Below, one piece after another: positions 35,311 through 44,150 of a stretch of 64,000 bases of DNA (positions are counted from its first letter, which is position 1; each line of letters starts with the position of its first letter). The notes beneath the pieces are model-generated. The model was not told the DNA's origin, did not search any database, and was given only the letters and a program-made list of their open reading frames with translations. A program made the position numbers and the translations under genes. This DNA is from an uncultured Erythrobacter sp. (GTDB lineage Bacteria > Pseudomonadota > Alphaproteobacteria > Sphingomonadales > Sphingomonadaceae). The stretch is from the NCBI GenBank assembly GCA_963529855.1, contig CAURZK010000005.1:28759-92758 (forward strand). Direction: 5' to 3'.

Positions 35311-35323
35311 CGGGCCTCGTTGC

Positions 35324-36307
35324 TTAGAGGATGGCCGCGCGCCGCTCCGTCAGAGCGGTCAGCAGCGTCGCGGTCGTCACGCCGTCGTGGCCATCCAGCA
35401 CCGCGACTTTTGCCGCCTCGTCGGCAGCTCTGGCGACTTCGGCCTGGGAGAGATGGGCAGCGGATTCGAGAACAGGCCCCCATTCGATCGGCTTGAGATC
35501 GAAGGTCGCGAGCCGGGCTTCGAGGATGCCCTGCACAACCGAGGGATCGGGAAGATCGTAACTGATGACATCGTCGAACCGGCGATAAAGCGCCTTGTCG
35601 AGCAATTCGGGGTGATTGGTCGCGGCGACGATGAGGCTCGGGCCATCGTCATTCTCCAGAAACTGGAGGAAGGAATTGAGCACCCGGCGAATTTCCCCGA
35701 CGTCGTTCGGCCCGGCCCGTTGCGCACCGATCGCGTCAAACTCGTCGAAGAAGTAGACACCGCGCTGCATGGCAACGGCGTCGAAGACAAGTCTCAGCCG
35801 TGTGGCGGTCTCGCCCATGAGCTTGCCGATCAGGCCGTCGTAAAGGACCGTGAAAAGGGGCAGCTTCAACTCGCCGGCCAGGGCGGCGGCGGTCATTGTC
35901 TTGCCTGCGCCAGGAGGGCCGACGAGCAGGAGCTTGCGGCGCGGCGCGAGCCCCCGCGCGCGAAGCCGCTCCTGCTGGCGCTGTTCCCGAAGCACGCGCG
36001 CAAGCCGCTCCTCAAGTTCCGGCTTGAGCACCATGCTCGACAACCGGACATCGGAATAGCGGGCTTCCAGAAGCCCGGCGAGTTCACCCTTCGGCTGCGC
36101 CATTGGCACGGGGCCGGCCCCGCGCCGCGCCACCGTCGCGCTTTTACCCTTGGCGGCGTCGACCAGTTCGCGCAGCTCCTGAGCGAGCTTCCCATGCCCT
36201 TGCCTCGCCTCATGCGCGGCAAGCTGCGTCGCCACGGAGAGGAAGCGATCTTCATCCCCGTCGATATGGCTTTGCAGCAGTGCAACGATGTGGCGCGCGG
36301 TTGTCAT
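35324..36307 (-). CDS. AAA+ ATPase (IetA-like)
   Basis: Walker A GPPGAGKT (130-137), Walker B VYFFDEFD (D188 E189), sensor-1 VAATNHPE, Arg ALYRRFD. Confidence 0.9.
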   Translation of the reverse strand: MTTARHIVALLQSHIDGDEDRFLSVATQLAAHEARQGHGKLAQELRELVDAAKGKSATVARRGAGPVPMAQPKGELAGLLEARYSDVRLSSMVLKPELEERLARVLREQRQQERLRARGLAPRRKLLLVGPPGAGKTMTAAALAGELKLPLFTVLYDGLIGKLMGETATRLRLVFDAVAMQRGVYFFDEFDAIGAQRAGPNDVGEIRRVLNSFLQFLENDDGPSLIVAATNHPELLDKALYRRFDDVISYDLPDPSVVQGILEARLATFDLKPIEWGPVLESAAHLSQAEVARAADEAAKVAVLDGHDGVTTATLLTALTERRAAIL

Positions 36308-36704
36308 AGGTCAGTTCAAAATTCCGCCTCGGGTTTGGAGAACTTTTAAGGAATCTAGCGTCGGTGATTCGCTGTGTAACGCGAATTCGTACAAGGGGTC
36401 GTTACTGCCCCCTCTGCCCTTCGCCAACACAGCATTTAGCCCGCGCCCATGGTCCGCTGTTCCGGCCGCAATCCGTCGGTATCGACTGGCTAATGACCGA
36501 CGTCCCCCCGAGCCCATAGTTGGACGCCCCCATCGGGTCATCACGACCGCAAAAGGGCATGGTGAGTTTGGTTCGGCGAGTTTTCTGCGGAAATCCAAGG
36601 GTTTCGCGTTGTGCCGCCGCGAGCGTGGTGAGTTTCCGACTTTGAGAGGCGGCGCACCAAGGGCGCTGCGGCAGTCTTAACTCACTGATTTTATTGAGAT
36701 ATTT

Positions 36705-36781
36705 TGGCGCACCCAAGAGGATTCGAACCTCTGGCCTTCGCCTTCGGAGGGCGACGCTCTATCCAGCTGAGCTATGGGTGC
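36705..36781 (-). tRNA. tRNA-Arg (anticodon CCG), CCA encoded
   Basis: Hand-folded cloverleaf: acceptor GCACCCA/TGGGTGC, D arm GCTC-AGCTGGATA-GAGC, anticodon arm TCGCC-CTCCGAA-GGCGA, T arm AGAGG-TTCGAATC-CCTCT, then GCCA. Confidence 0.95.
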
Positions 36782-36948
36782 GTGTGGCGTGAGCCGTAAG
36801 TTTTACGCCGATGAAGGTCAATCCGCGATCGGAATCGGCTTACCCGAGCGCGGTGAGTTTCTGGTGAGTTTTTTCGTCCGTCCTTTCTTCCGTCTTCCTA
36901 AGCCCTCGAAAATCCTGTATAAAATCACTGCTCTCGCGTCGGACGTGA

Positions 36949-36990
36949 GCCTTCGGAGGGCGACACTCTATCCAGCTGAGCTACGGGTGC
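36949..36990 (-). pseudogene. 42-nt copy of the 5' half of a tRNA-Arg (pos 1 to anticodon loop)
   Basis: 40/42 identical to 36740-36781, with differences at tRNA positions 7 and 26. Homology stops in the anticodon loop. Confidence 0.8.
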
Positions 36991-37537
36991 CTGTGCTTAC
37001 GCGATGCTTACGCGGAAAGGGTCAAGATGTGAACCTATTCCTTCCAATTCCTTAAGCCCTTAAATTTTCGACCAATTCCTTCAAAGAAATCGCTTTAGGC
37101 TGCATTGACACCTGCCTTCGGATTCTCGCACCCGAGCGGTTTCACATGCACCAAGCCTGGGCTCCGTTGCTGCCATGGTTCGAATGGCTGACCCTGTCGG
37201 GATTTCTCGCAGGAGCGGTGGGCAGTTTTCTCTACGGCTGGTACATCGCACTCATCGCGGTCCCGCTGCACCGGTTTTTCCAGGCCCGGTTTTCCTGATT
37301 TGACGCGCTGAATATTAGGCGCACTCAGCGTGGACTGCCGTGCCTTGACGCGCCGCCATCGGCATCGCTGCAGGAAGAAAGAGCGCGCCGCCGGAAATCG
37401 ATAGCTCATCGCGATTCCGGGGCCAGCCCAAGGATGGCTCATGCCCCGCCAGAAAATTTTTTGAGGGGTGAGCCGCTTCGCAACGTACTGTTTGTCGTGA
37501 TGTTTCTCGGACGGGAGGACATCGACAGGGGAAAGAC

Positions 37538-38887
37538 TTGCAGACAGATGGCAACGATCAACATGGGAAGAGTGCTGGATCGATAACGCTGCTTGGCGGT
37601 GTCGCAATGGGAACCGGCGTCATGATCGGCGCTGGTATTTTCGCACTGACTGGCCAGATTGCCGAACTGGCTGGACCGCTATTTCCGCTTTCTTTCATAG
37701 TCGGCGCCCTGGTCACTTCCCTAGCCGCCTACAGCTACATCAAGATGTCGAACCGCTGGCCCTCCTCTGGCGGCATCGCGATGATTCTTCAGAAGGCCTA
37801 CGGACCGGGTGTTGTTGCAGCATCGGCATCGCTCCTGATGGCGCTGTCGATGGTCATCAACGAAAGCCTGGTCGCTCGGACCTTCGCGACCTATGCCTTG
37901 CGGCCCTTTGGGCTCGAGAGCAGCGGCATTCTGGTTTCCGTCGCGGCACTGGCCCTCATCGTTTTCGCCTATTTCGTGAATGCTGCCGGCAACAAATCGG
38001 TCAGCGGTTTCTCTCTCGTCATGTCGGCAATCAAGATCGGCGGCATCGCCCTGTTCGCAATTGCGGCGATCTGGGCCAGCGGATTTTCAGGCGGTGCCTT
38101 CGCAGAGCCGGTCGCGCTCTCGGGTCTCGACGCATTGCTCGCGTCGGTCGCTTTCTCGATCCTCGCATTCAAGGGTTTCACCACCATTACCAACAGCGGC
38201 GGCGAAATCGTCGATCCGCACCGGAATGTCGGCCGGACCATTATCATCTCGATCGCAGTATGCGTGGTCGTCTACCTCCTTGTGGCGGTGGCGGTCGGTG
38301 CCAGCCTCAGCACGTCAGAAATAGCTGAGGCGCGCGATTACTCGCTTGCGGCGGCTGCGCGCCCCGCGCTCGGAGAGCTTGGCTTCTATTTCACAGTCGC
38401 AATCGCGATCGCAGCCACGACCTCGGGTGTCATCGCCAGCGTTTTCGCCGTTTCGCGAATGCTGACGATGCTGACCGAAATGAAGATGATCCCGCATAGC
38501 CATTTTGGGATGAAGGGACCGATCCGCAGTCACATGCTGGTCTATACCGTCGTGGTCGCCGGCACGCTCGCGGTCCTGTTCGATCTTTCGCGGATCGCCT
38601 CGCTCGGAGCGTTCTTCTATCTCGTAATGGACATGCTCGTGCATTGGGGCGTGCTGCGCGGTTTGCGGGAAGAGATAGGCGCGCGTGCCTGGATCCTCTG
38701 GTCGGCGCTCATGGCGGACGGCGTAGTCCTGACAGCTTTTGCCCTCGCCAAGCTCAAAACCGACCCTGCGGTCGTTGCCTATGCGGTCGCAGGTATTGCC
38801 GCAGTGTTCGGAGCCGAATGGTTCTATCTCCGTCGGAATTCTGCGCTGCGTGAAATGCCCGCCACACACGATGGAGATCATCGATGA
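37538..38887 (+). CDS. APC-family amino-acid/polyamine permease
   Basis: About 12 hydrophobic segments, N-terminal GVAMGTGVMIGAGIFALTG. TTG start after AGGGGA. Confidence 0.8.
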   Translation: MQTDGNDQHGKSAGSITLLGGVAMGTGVMIGAGIFALTGQIAELAGPLFPLSFIVGALVTSLAAYSYIKMSNRWPSSGGIAMILQKAYGPGVVAASASLLMALSMVINESLVARTFATYALRPFGLESSGILVSVAALALIVFAYFVNAAGNKSVSGFSLVMSAIKIGGIALFAIAAIWASGFSGGAFAEPVALSGLDALLASVAFSILAFKGFTTITNSGGEIVDPHRNVGRTIIISIAVCVVVYLLVAVAVGASLSTSEIAEARDYSLAAAARPALGELGFYFTVAIAIAATTSGVIASVFAVSRMLTMLTEMKMIPHSHFGMKGPIRSHMLVYTVVVAGTLAVLFDLSRIASLGAFFYLVMDMLVHWGVLRGLREEIGARAWILWSALMADGVVLTAFALAKLKTDPAVVAYAVAGIAAVFGAEWFYLRRNSALREMPATHDGDHR

Positions 38888-39297
38888 TCGCCGCACTAAT
38901 TCTCGCCATTGCACTTTTCCTGGCCTCGGTCGGCATGCATCTGTCGATCCTCGGCGCCGGGCATCGCGTGCTCGACGCACCCGGAAGTTTCTCCGCCAAG
39001 CTTGGGGTCGCGCTTCTTGTCCTGGCATCGCACCTGCTTGTCGCGACGCTTTTCGCTGGCGGTTTCTGGCTGGGCGCGGAACTGGACCTCGGCGGGTTCG
39101 ACAAGACGCCGGCGATGAGTGCGATGGACTATTTCTATTTCTCGCTGATCAACGTGACCACGCTGGGGCTCGGCGACATCTACCCGACCGAGCACCTGCG
39201 CGTCATTGCCGGCGTCGAAGCCTTGACCGGCTTCGCGCTCATCAGCTGCTCGGCACAATTGTTCTGGACCATGATGAAGGAAGGAGAAAACGCATGA
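38884..39297 (+). CDS. Two-TM potassium-channel-like protein
   Basis: Pore signature YFSLINVTTLGLGDIYP (TxGxGD-type filter). ATGA overlap with the permease stop. Confidence 0.7.
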   Translation: MIAALILAIALFLASVGMHLSILGAGHRVLDAPGSFSAKLGVALLVLASHLLVATLFAGGFWLGAELDLGGFDKTPAMSAMDYFYFSLINVTTLGLGDIYPTEHLRVIAGVEALTGFALISCSAQLFWTMMKEGENA

Positions 39298-39821
39298 CTG
39301 AAAGCACATCCCACTCGGATAAGGGAGGGGGCGGCAACTACTGGCGGTTCATGGCCATGGTATCGACCTCGACCGTGATCATGTTCTTCCTGATGTACGC
39401 CAACAGCTTCGACATGGACGACGTGTTCTGGAGCGAGACGCGCTTCTGGATGATGTTCGTCATGGGCGCGACGATGATGGTGGTCATGCTTCTCTTCATG
39501 TGGGGCATGTACAAGGACCGGACCAAGAACTTCATCATCCTGGGCGTCGGAGCGATTGTCTTCGCGCTCGCGCTATGGCTCGTACGCAGCCAGACCACGG
39601 TCGACGACACCGAATACATGGCCGCAATGATTCCGCACCACTCGATCGCGATCATGACCAGCGAAAGGGCGAGCCTGAAGGATCCGCGTGTCCGCGAACT
39701 TGCGCAGGCCATCATCGTCGCGCAGCGGCGTGAGATCGCCGAGATGAAATATCTCATCCAGGACATCGAGGAGAACGGTCCGCGCACCGAAGAACGCCTG
39801 CCCGAGGAGATGCAGCAATGA
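39294..39821 (+). CDS. DUF305-family protein with N-terminal TMs
   Basis: MIPHHSIAIMTS and AQAIIVAQRREIAEM. ATG 39294 overlaps the channel stop. Corresponds to the last 175 codons of a 360-aa track ORF. Confidence 0.75.
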   Translation: MTESTSHSDKGGGGNYWRFMAMVSTSTVIMFFLMYANSFDMDDVFWSETRFWMMFVMGATMMVVMLLFMWGMYKDRTKNFIILGVGAIVFALALWLVRSQTTVDDTEYMAAMIPHHSIAIMTSERASLKDPRVRELAQAIIVAQRREIAEMKYLIQDIEENGPRTEERLPEEMQQ

Positions 39822-40306
39822 ACAAGATCGCGATTCTGACGCTTGCGGTCCTCCCTCTGGCGGCCTGCAATACCAACACCGCGATCGGTAATGACCGCGA
39901 AGCACAGCTCGATCCTCCGGCAACGGCAGCTCCGATAGAGAGTGCTGCGAGCGCTCTTGCCAATCTCAGCCCCGGCCTCATGCTGCCCGAGACCATGAGC
40001 GACGCGGACCTCACCGCGCTGGGAGCCGAGAACACGTGCCAGTTTCGCCTGACCGAGGTCGCGTTTCCGTCGTTCGTCTACGACAACAGCGGTCGCGGGG
40101 CGATCAAGATCAATGGCAAACTGATCCCCGTGACGGCAAGCGCCTCGGGTGAGTATGCGAATGGTGAGCTTCGTATCCGCACGCGCCTTCTCGATGACGA
40201 AGGAGACGCGGGCCTGCAGATGCAGGAACTCATCGTCGCCGGACCTCGGATGAAGGACGAGTTCGGGTTCTGGGGGTACACGACCTGCGGCAACAGCGAA
40301 GCGTGA
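39818..40306 (+). CDS. Putative lipoprotein
   Basis: Signal peptide plus lipobox LAVLPLAAC. ATGA overlap with the DUF305 stop. Confidence 0.55.
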   Translation: MNKIAILTLAVLPLAACNTNTAIGNDREAQLDPPATAAPIESAASALANLSPGLMLPETMSDADLTALGAENTCQFRLTEVAFPSFVYDNSGRGAIKINGKLIPVTASASGEYANGELRIRTRLLDDEGDAGLQMQELIVAGPRMKDEFGFWGYTTCGNSEA

Positions 40307-40392
40307 ACACGAGCGAGCGGGCGCCAGCGTGCCTCGGTGCCCGCTCATGTTCGGCCCGGCACGCGCGGCCGAATTTATAATGAGGTGCTACA

Positions 40393-41112
40393 GTGGAAGC
40401 TGAGCCTGTGAGCGATGCAGCCCCCCTTGCGGTCTTCGGTGCCGGAGGAAAGACCGGCACGGAAATACTGCGCCATGCGGTTCACAAGGGCATCGAAGTT
40501 CGAGCGTTCGAGCACACCTTGCCCGAACCATCGGACCGGGTCGACAACGTCGAGTACCTCCAGTGCGATGTACTCAATGACGACTTCAGCAGCGAGCTCG
40601 AAGGTTGCCGTGCTGTTATTTCCGCACTCGGTATAGAGTTTAGTCCATCTACGGCGATCGATCCGCCTCCGCTTTATACGGAGGGAACCCGCAAGCTGGT
40701 GGAAGCGATGTCGACGACCCGCATTTCCCGGATCGTCGTGATATCGGCGGCGTTTGTAGAGCCGCAGCCCAGCGTTCCTGCATGGTTCGAGCTCACAGCA
40801 AGACCAGCCTTGCACAATATTCTCGAACAGATGCGCGCCATGGAAGACCTTCTGGAGCGCGCGGAAGGCCTGGAATGGACGGCAGCGCGACCGGGTTGGC
40901 TCCTCGACGAACCCTACACAGGCGAAGTCGTCATTACCGACGAGCGCCTTGCCCAAGATTGCTTTCGCTGCCGGCACGCCGACCTCGCGGCAGCGATGCT
41001 CGAATTCGTATGCGAGAACACCTGGGTCAACGCCAAGCCCGCCATCGCGCGGCCAGAAGCGGACCGCTTCGAGAAAGTCGCGGCGCTCAAGGCCGAACTC
41101 GGGATCGACTAG
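40393..41112 (+). CDS. NAD(P)H-binding (atypical SDR/NmrA-like) protein
   Basis: Rossmann motif AVFGAGGKTGTEILRHAV. Alternative GTG start at 40408. Confidence 0.7.
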   Translation: MEAEPVSDAAPLAVFGAGGKTGTEILRHAVHKGIEVRAFEHTLPEPSDRVDNVEYLQCDVLNDDFSSELEGCRAVISALGIEFSPSTAIDPPPLYTEGTRKLVEAMSTTRISRIVVISAAFVEPQPSVPAWFELTARPALHNILEQMRAMEDLLERAEGLEWTAARPGWLLDEPYTGEVVITDERLAQDCFRCRHADLAAAMLEFVCENTWVNAKPAIARPEADRFEKVAALKAELGID

Positions 41113-41155
41113 ATCGATGCGGACTGACGGTAACATTCCAACAACGAGGTAAGAT

Positions 41156-42508
41156 ATGCTGCTCGAGAAGATAAAGACCCCCGGTCTCTCCCACCTTTCC
41201 TATCTGATCGGTTCGCAGGGCAAGGCAGCGGTCATCGATCCGCGCCGCGACTGCGAGATATATGTCGAGCGAGCCCGCGCCGAAGGGCTGGAGATCACGC
41301 ATATCTTCGAAACGCACAGGAATGAGGATCTCATCACGGGATCGCCGGTACTGGCCAAAATGACCGGCGCCCGGGTTCTGCACGGTCCAAACCCTGCGGA
41401 TGAGGTTGTGTTCGCCGACACCGCGCGAGAGGGCGATGTTTTCGAGATCGGTAAGATCAGGGTCGAAGTGCTCGAAACCCGCGGTCACACCGACGATCAT
41501 CTCGCCTTCGTCCTTCACGACGACGATTATCCCGAAGGACCGGTCGGCGTGTTCACCGGCGATGCGCTCTTCGTGGGCGACGTCGGCCGAACCGATTTCT
41601 ATCCCGAGCGCGCGCGGGAGGTCGCGGGCCTCCTGTACGATTCATTGCAAAAGATTTGCGCTCTGGGTGACCAGACGATCATCTACCCGGCGCACGGTGC
41701 CGGATCGGTTTGCGGGTCCGGAATGGCAGACCGGGAATTCTCGACAATCGGCCATGAGCGGCGCAACAACCCGCGGCTGCGCATTGCTGACCGCGACGAG
41801 TTCATCAAGGCGAAAGTAGCAGAGCATCATTACCAGCCACCCTACTTTCGGCTAATGGAGCGGCTCAATCTCGAAGGGGCCAATGCCGCGCCGCGAGTCA
41901 TGCGGCCAAAGCATCTGGGGCTGGATGACCTTGGCGAGAGCGGCGCCGATCACCTGGTCGATGTACGCGAGCCGCTCGCCTATGCCGCCGGTCATATGCA
42001 GGGTGCCGTGTGCCTTCCAGTGGGAATGATACCCGCCTTTGCCGGGTGGTTCATCAGCGAAGGCGACACGATAGCCCTAATCGCTTCCGAAGAAGACGAG
42101 CTCGCTCAAGCTATGGCGCATTTGGTGCGCATTGGTCTCGATAATATTGTCGGCGGTTATGTCGGCGTGATCCCAGCCGCCGCACAGGGCAAAGCGATGC
42201 AAAGTATTGCCATGATCGACACCGAGGAAGTCGCACGCAGGCTCGCTGAGGACAGCGAAGATTGGACCTTGCTCGACGTGCGCGCCCTTGACGAACGGCA
42301 GCAAGGCAGCATCGATGGATCCGAACATGTCTATGTCGGCGAGCTCAACACCCGCTGGAAAGAGCTCGATCGCGACCGTCATTACACCTTGATGTGCGCC
42401 AGCGGCATGAGGGCGAGCGTAGCAGCGGGCTGGCTCGCAAGCCAAGGCTTCAAACACCTCGACGTCTATCTGGGCTCCATGGGCGCATGGGCAAACGCGC
42501 AGGGCTAA
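41156..42508 (+). CDS. MBL-fold hydrolase fused to rhodanese domain(s)
   Basis: MBL core (ETHRNED, RGHTDDH, YPAHGAGSVCG) followed by a rhodanese-like C-terminus (..LMCASGMRAS..). Confidence 0.8.
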   Translation: MLLEKIKTPGLSHLSYLIGSQGKAAVIDPRRDCEIYVERARAEGLEITHIFETHRNEDLITGSPVLAKMTGARVLHGPNPADEVVFADTAREGDVFEIGKIRVEVLETRGHTDDHLAFVLHDDDYPEGPVGVFTGDALFVGDVGRTDFYPERAREVAGLLYDSLQKICALGDQTIIYPAHGAGSVCGSGMADREFSTIGHERRNNPRLRIADRDEFIKAKVAEHHYQPPYFRLMERLNLEGANAAPRVMRPKHLGLDDLGESGADHLVDVREPLAYAAGHMQGAVCLPVGMIPAFAGWFISEGDTIALIASEEDELAQAMAHLVRIGLDNIVGGYVGVIPAAAQGKAMQSIAMIDTEEVARRLAEDSEDWTLLDVRALDERQQGSIDGSEHVYVGELNTRWKELDRDRHYTLMCASGMRASVAAGWLASQGFKHLDVYLGSMGAWANAQG

Positions 42509-42534
42509 AAAGCCGGAAAACCTCGAAAATGGCC

Positions 42535-42839
42535 AACCCGCGATCCCTTCAGGGCCGTGCGCGAAAGCTGTTTGGCCTACCGGAAGACACGCTGGTCTAT
42601 CCTGCGCTTGATTGTGCAGGGGGGCGCGTCTCGACGATCATACAGGCAGGCAAACGCAACCCCCGCTTGAATGGCGATGTCTCACCTTTTCGAATTCCAG
42701 CAGATCAGGGCCGTGCTGGACGTGCCCTACCTTGAAAAAATCGACGTGGCCGTGCCTACCAATCTGAAATGCGGAAATTGCTCTGAAGATGCTGTCGAGC
42801 GACTGCACGAGCTCGGCGGGAAATCACCGCAAGGATAGG
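42535..42839 (+). pseudogene. Remnant of an ETHE1-type persulfide dioxygenase C-terminus (truncated, frameshifted)
   Basis: Frame 1 reads RKLFGLPEDTLVYPALDCAGGRVSTIIQAGKRNPRL. After a frameshift it reads FEFQQIRAVLDVPYLEKIDVAVPTNLKCG. There is no N-terminal MBL part. Confidence 0.5.
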
Positions 42840-43198
42840 TTGGATTGCCTTGGCCGCCGCGGAGCCATGTGCGGGCTATTGCGCGCTATCCGCATTCCCA
42901 ATCATTTGATCGAACCGGGGAGGCTATCATCAGAACCACATCGGGATGACAATCGAATTGGAGTCCTTCGGGATTGGGGGGGCTTTTTTGAACCTGTCGC
43001 AATTAAGACCGCTTTGTTTTCGCTCGATTCCGAAGATGCTTCCCCTCGAACATGGCCAAGGCGCATTTGTCTGTAGGACGTTGCGCGCAGAAGATCGTCT
43101 GAACCCTCGTTGTCCGGTGGCGCTTTATAGGCCCCCGCAAAGTTTCGCTATCGCGGTAAAAGGAGCCAATCCGAGTGTCGTTCTCTCAGAACCTCGGA

Positions 43199-43618
43199 TT
43201 ACATAAATGCTTCCATGAAAGTTGGCTCGAAATAACCCCAGGCGGCCGCGATGAAGCTCATCACGGTTGCAACCAGGAGCATAATTATCTGACGGTTCTT
43301 GAGCCATTTAACTGCGGCCTGGGAGTGGCAATGACTCGTGTGCCGATGTTTGCGCAGAACAATGAGCCAACTAGCCGCCACCGCAATCATCGAAAATGCG
43401 GTCATTGGCCAATGGAGCGAACCCAGAGGCGCCAAAACACTGCTCAGGCTCGCACTCAGCCCGGCGGCAACCAGCACCATCGGTAGAATGCAGCAAGAGC
43501 AAGCTGCCAAAACAGCAGCCGAACTGCTTATGACGCTCACAACGGTCGTCTTGCCGTCGTGCAAAGGTAGTGGTTCGACAGCATGAGTCGGTTTGGCCAT
43601 CAAGCGACTAGCAACCAC
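43199..43618 (-). CDS. MerT-like three-TM metal-ion transport protein (candidate)
   Basis: TM1 with Cys cluster LAACSCCILPMVLVAAGL, loop RKHRHTSHCHS, and a third TM. This layout parallels MerT. Confidence 0.45.
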   Translation of the reverse strand: MVASRLMAKPTHAVEPLPLHDGKTTVVSVISSSAAVLAACSCCILPMVLVAAGLSASLSSVLAPLGSLHWPMTAFSMIAVAASWLIVLRKHRHTSHCHSQAAVKWLKNRQIIMLLVATVMSFIAAAWGYFEPTFMEAFM

Positions 43619-44150
43619 GGACGGCCCTTACCCATATGAAGTCTTCAAATAGGTCTGCCATAGTACTCGTTCGAACAGAGGCTTCACACGCGAGGGTTCA
43701 TTGTATTTCGCCGATGTGGCATAGCCCTCCACCAATTGAAGGTCGAGGTCAATTGCGTCACACTGGCAGCTCCTCAAGCCCGTCACGCAGCTGAGGTGTC
43801 CAAGCTCGGCGGACACCGCAGTCCTTTGGCCAAAATAGCTGCGCTCAATACCTATCGTACCAGAAAGACGGAACCCCGCGCCCAGGGTTGGGTCAAGCGC
43901 GGGGTTCCTGAACGGCCCCGGGACACCTGCGACCCGCAGGGCTCAGGGGGAGGCGGGGCCGCCATTCGATTAACGAGGAAGAACCGACCGGGACCGGATT
44001 TGGTTTTACCGTACACCTAGTCGCTTACGCTTCTTGCCAATCTACATCCAACAGAGAGATCCACTCGTAGATGTGGCGACGCGCTCAAAACGTAGTATGA
44101 GCATGCTACATTCTCGCCGACACTCAATCGCTGGCAACCTGCTCGCTCAA

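Larger units (their letters stand above)
1457..36704. mobile_element. ICE / conjugative-element-like region (P-type Trb T4SS, TraG, relaxase, RepA, excision-control genes, cargo); ends not defined, no integrase in window
   Basis: Contiguous set of conjugation, maintenance and regulation genes (features below). Bounded on the right by the 3' end of tRNA-Arg. The left end may lie beyond the window. Confidence 0.7.

Noticed and set aside
37095-37607. 170-aa minus-strand ORF next to the tRNA fragment
   Set aside because: No motifs and odd composition. It overlaps the promoter and 5' end of the permease gene. A 50-codon plus-strand frame (37146-37298, hydrophobic) looks equally plausible, and neither can be supported.
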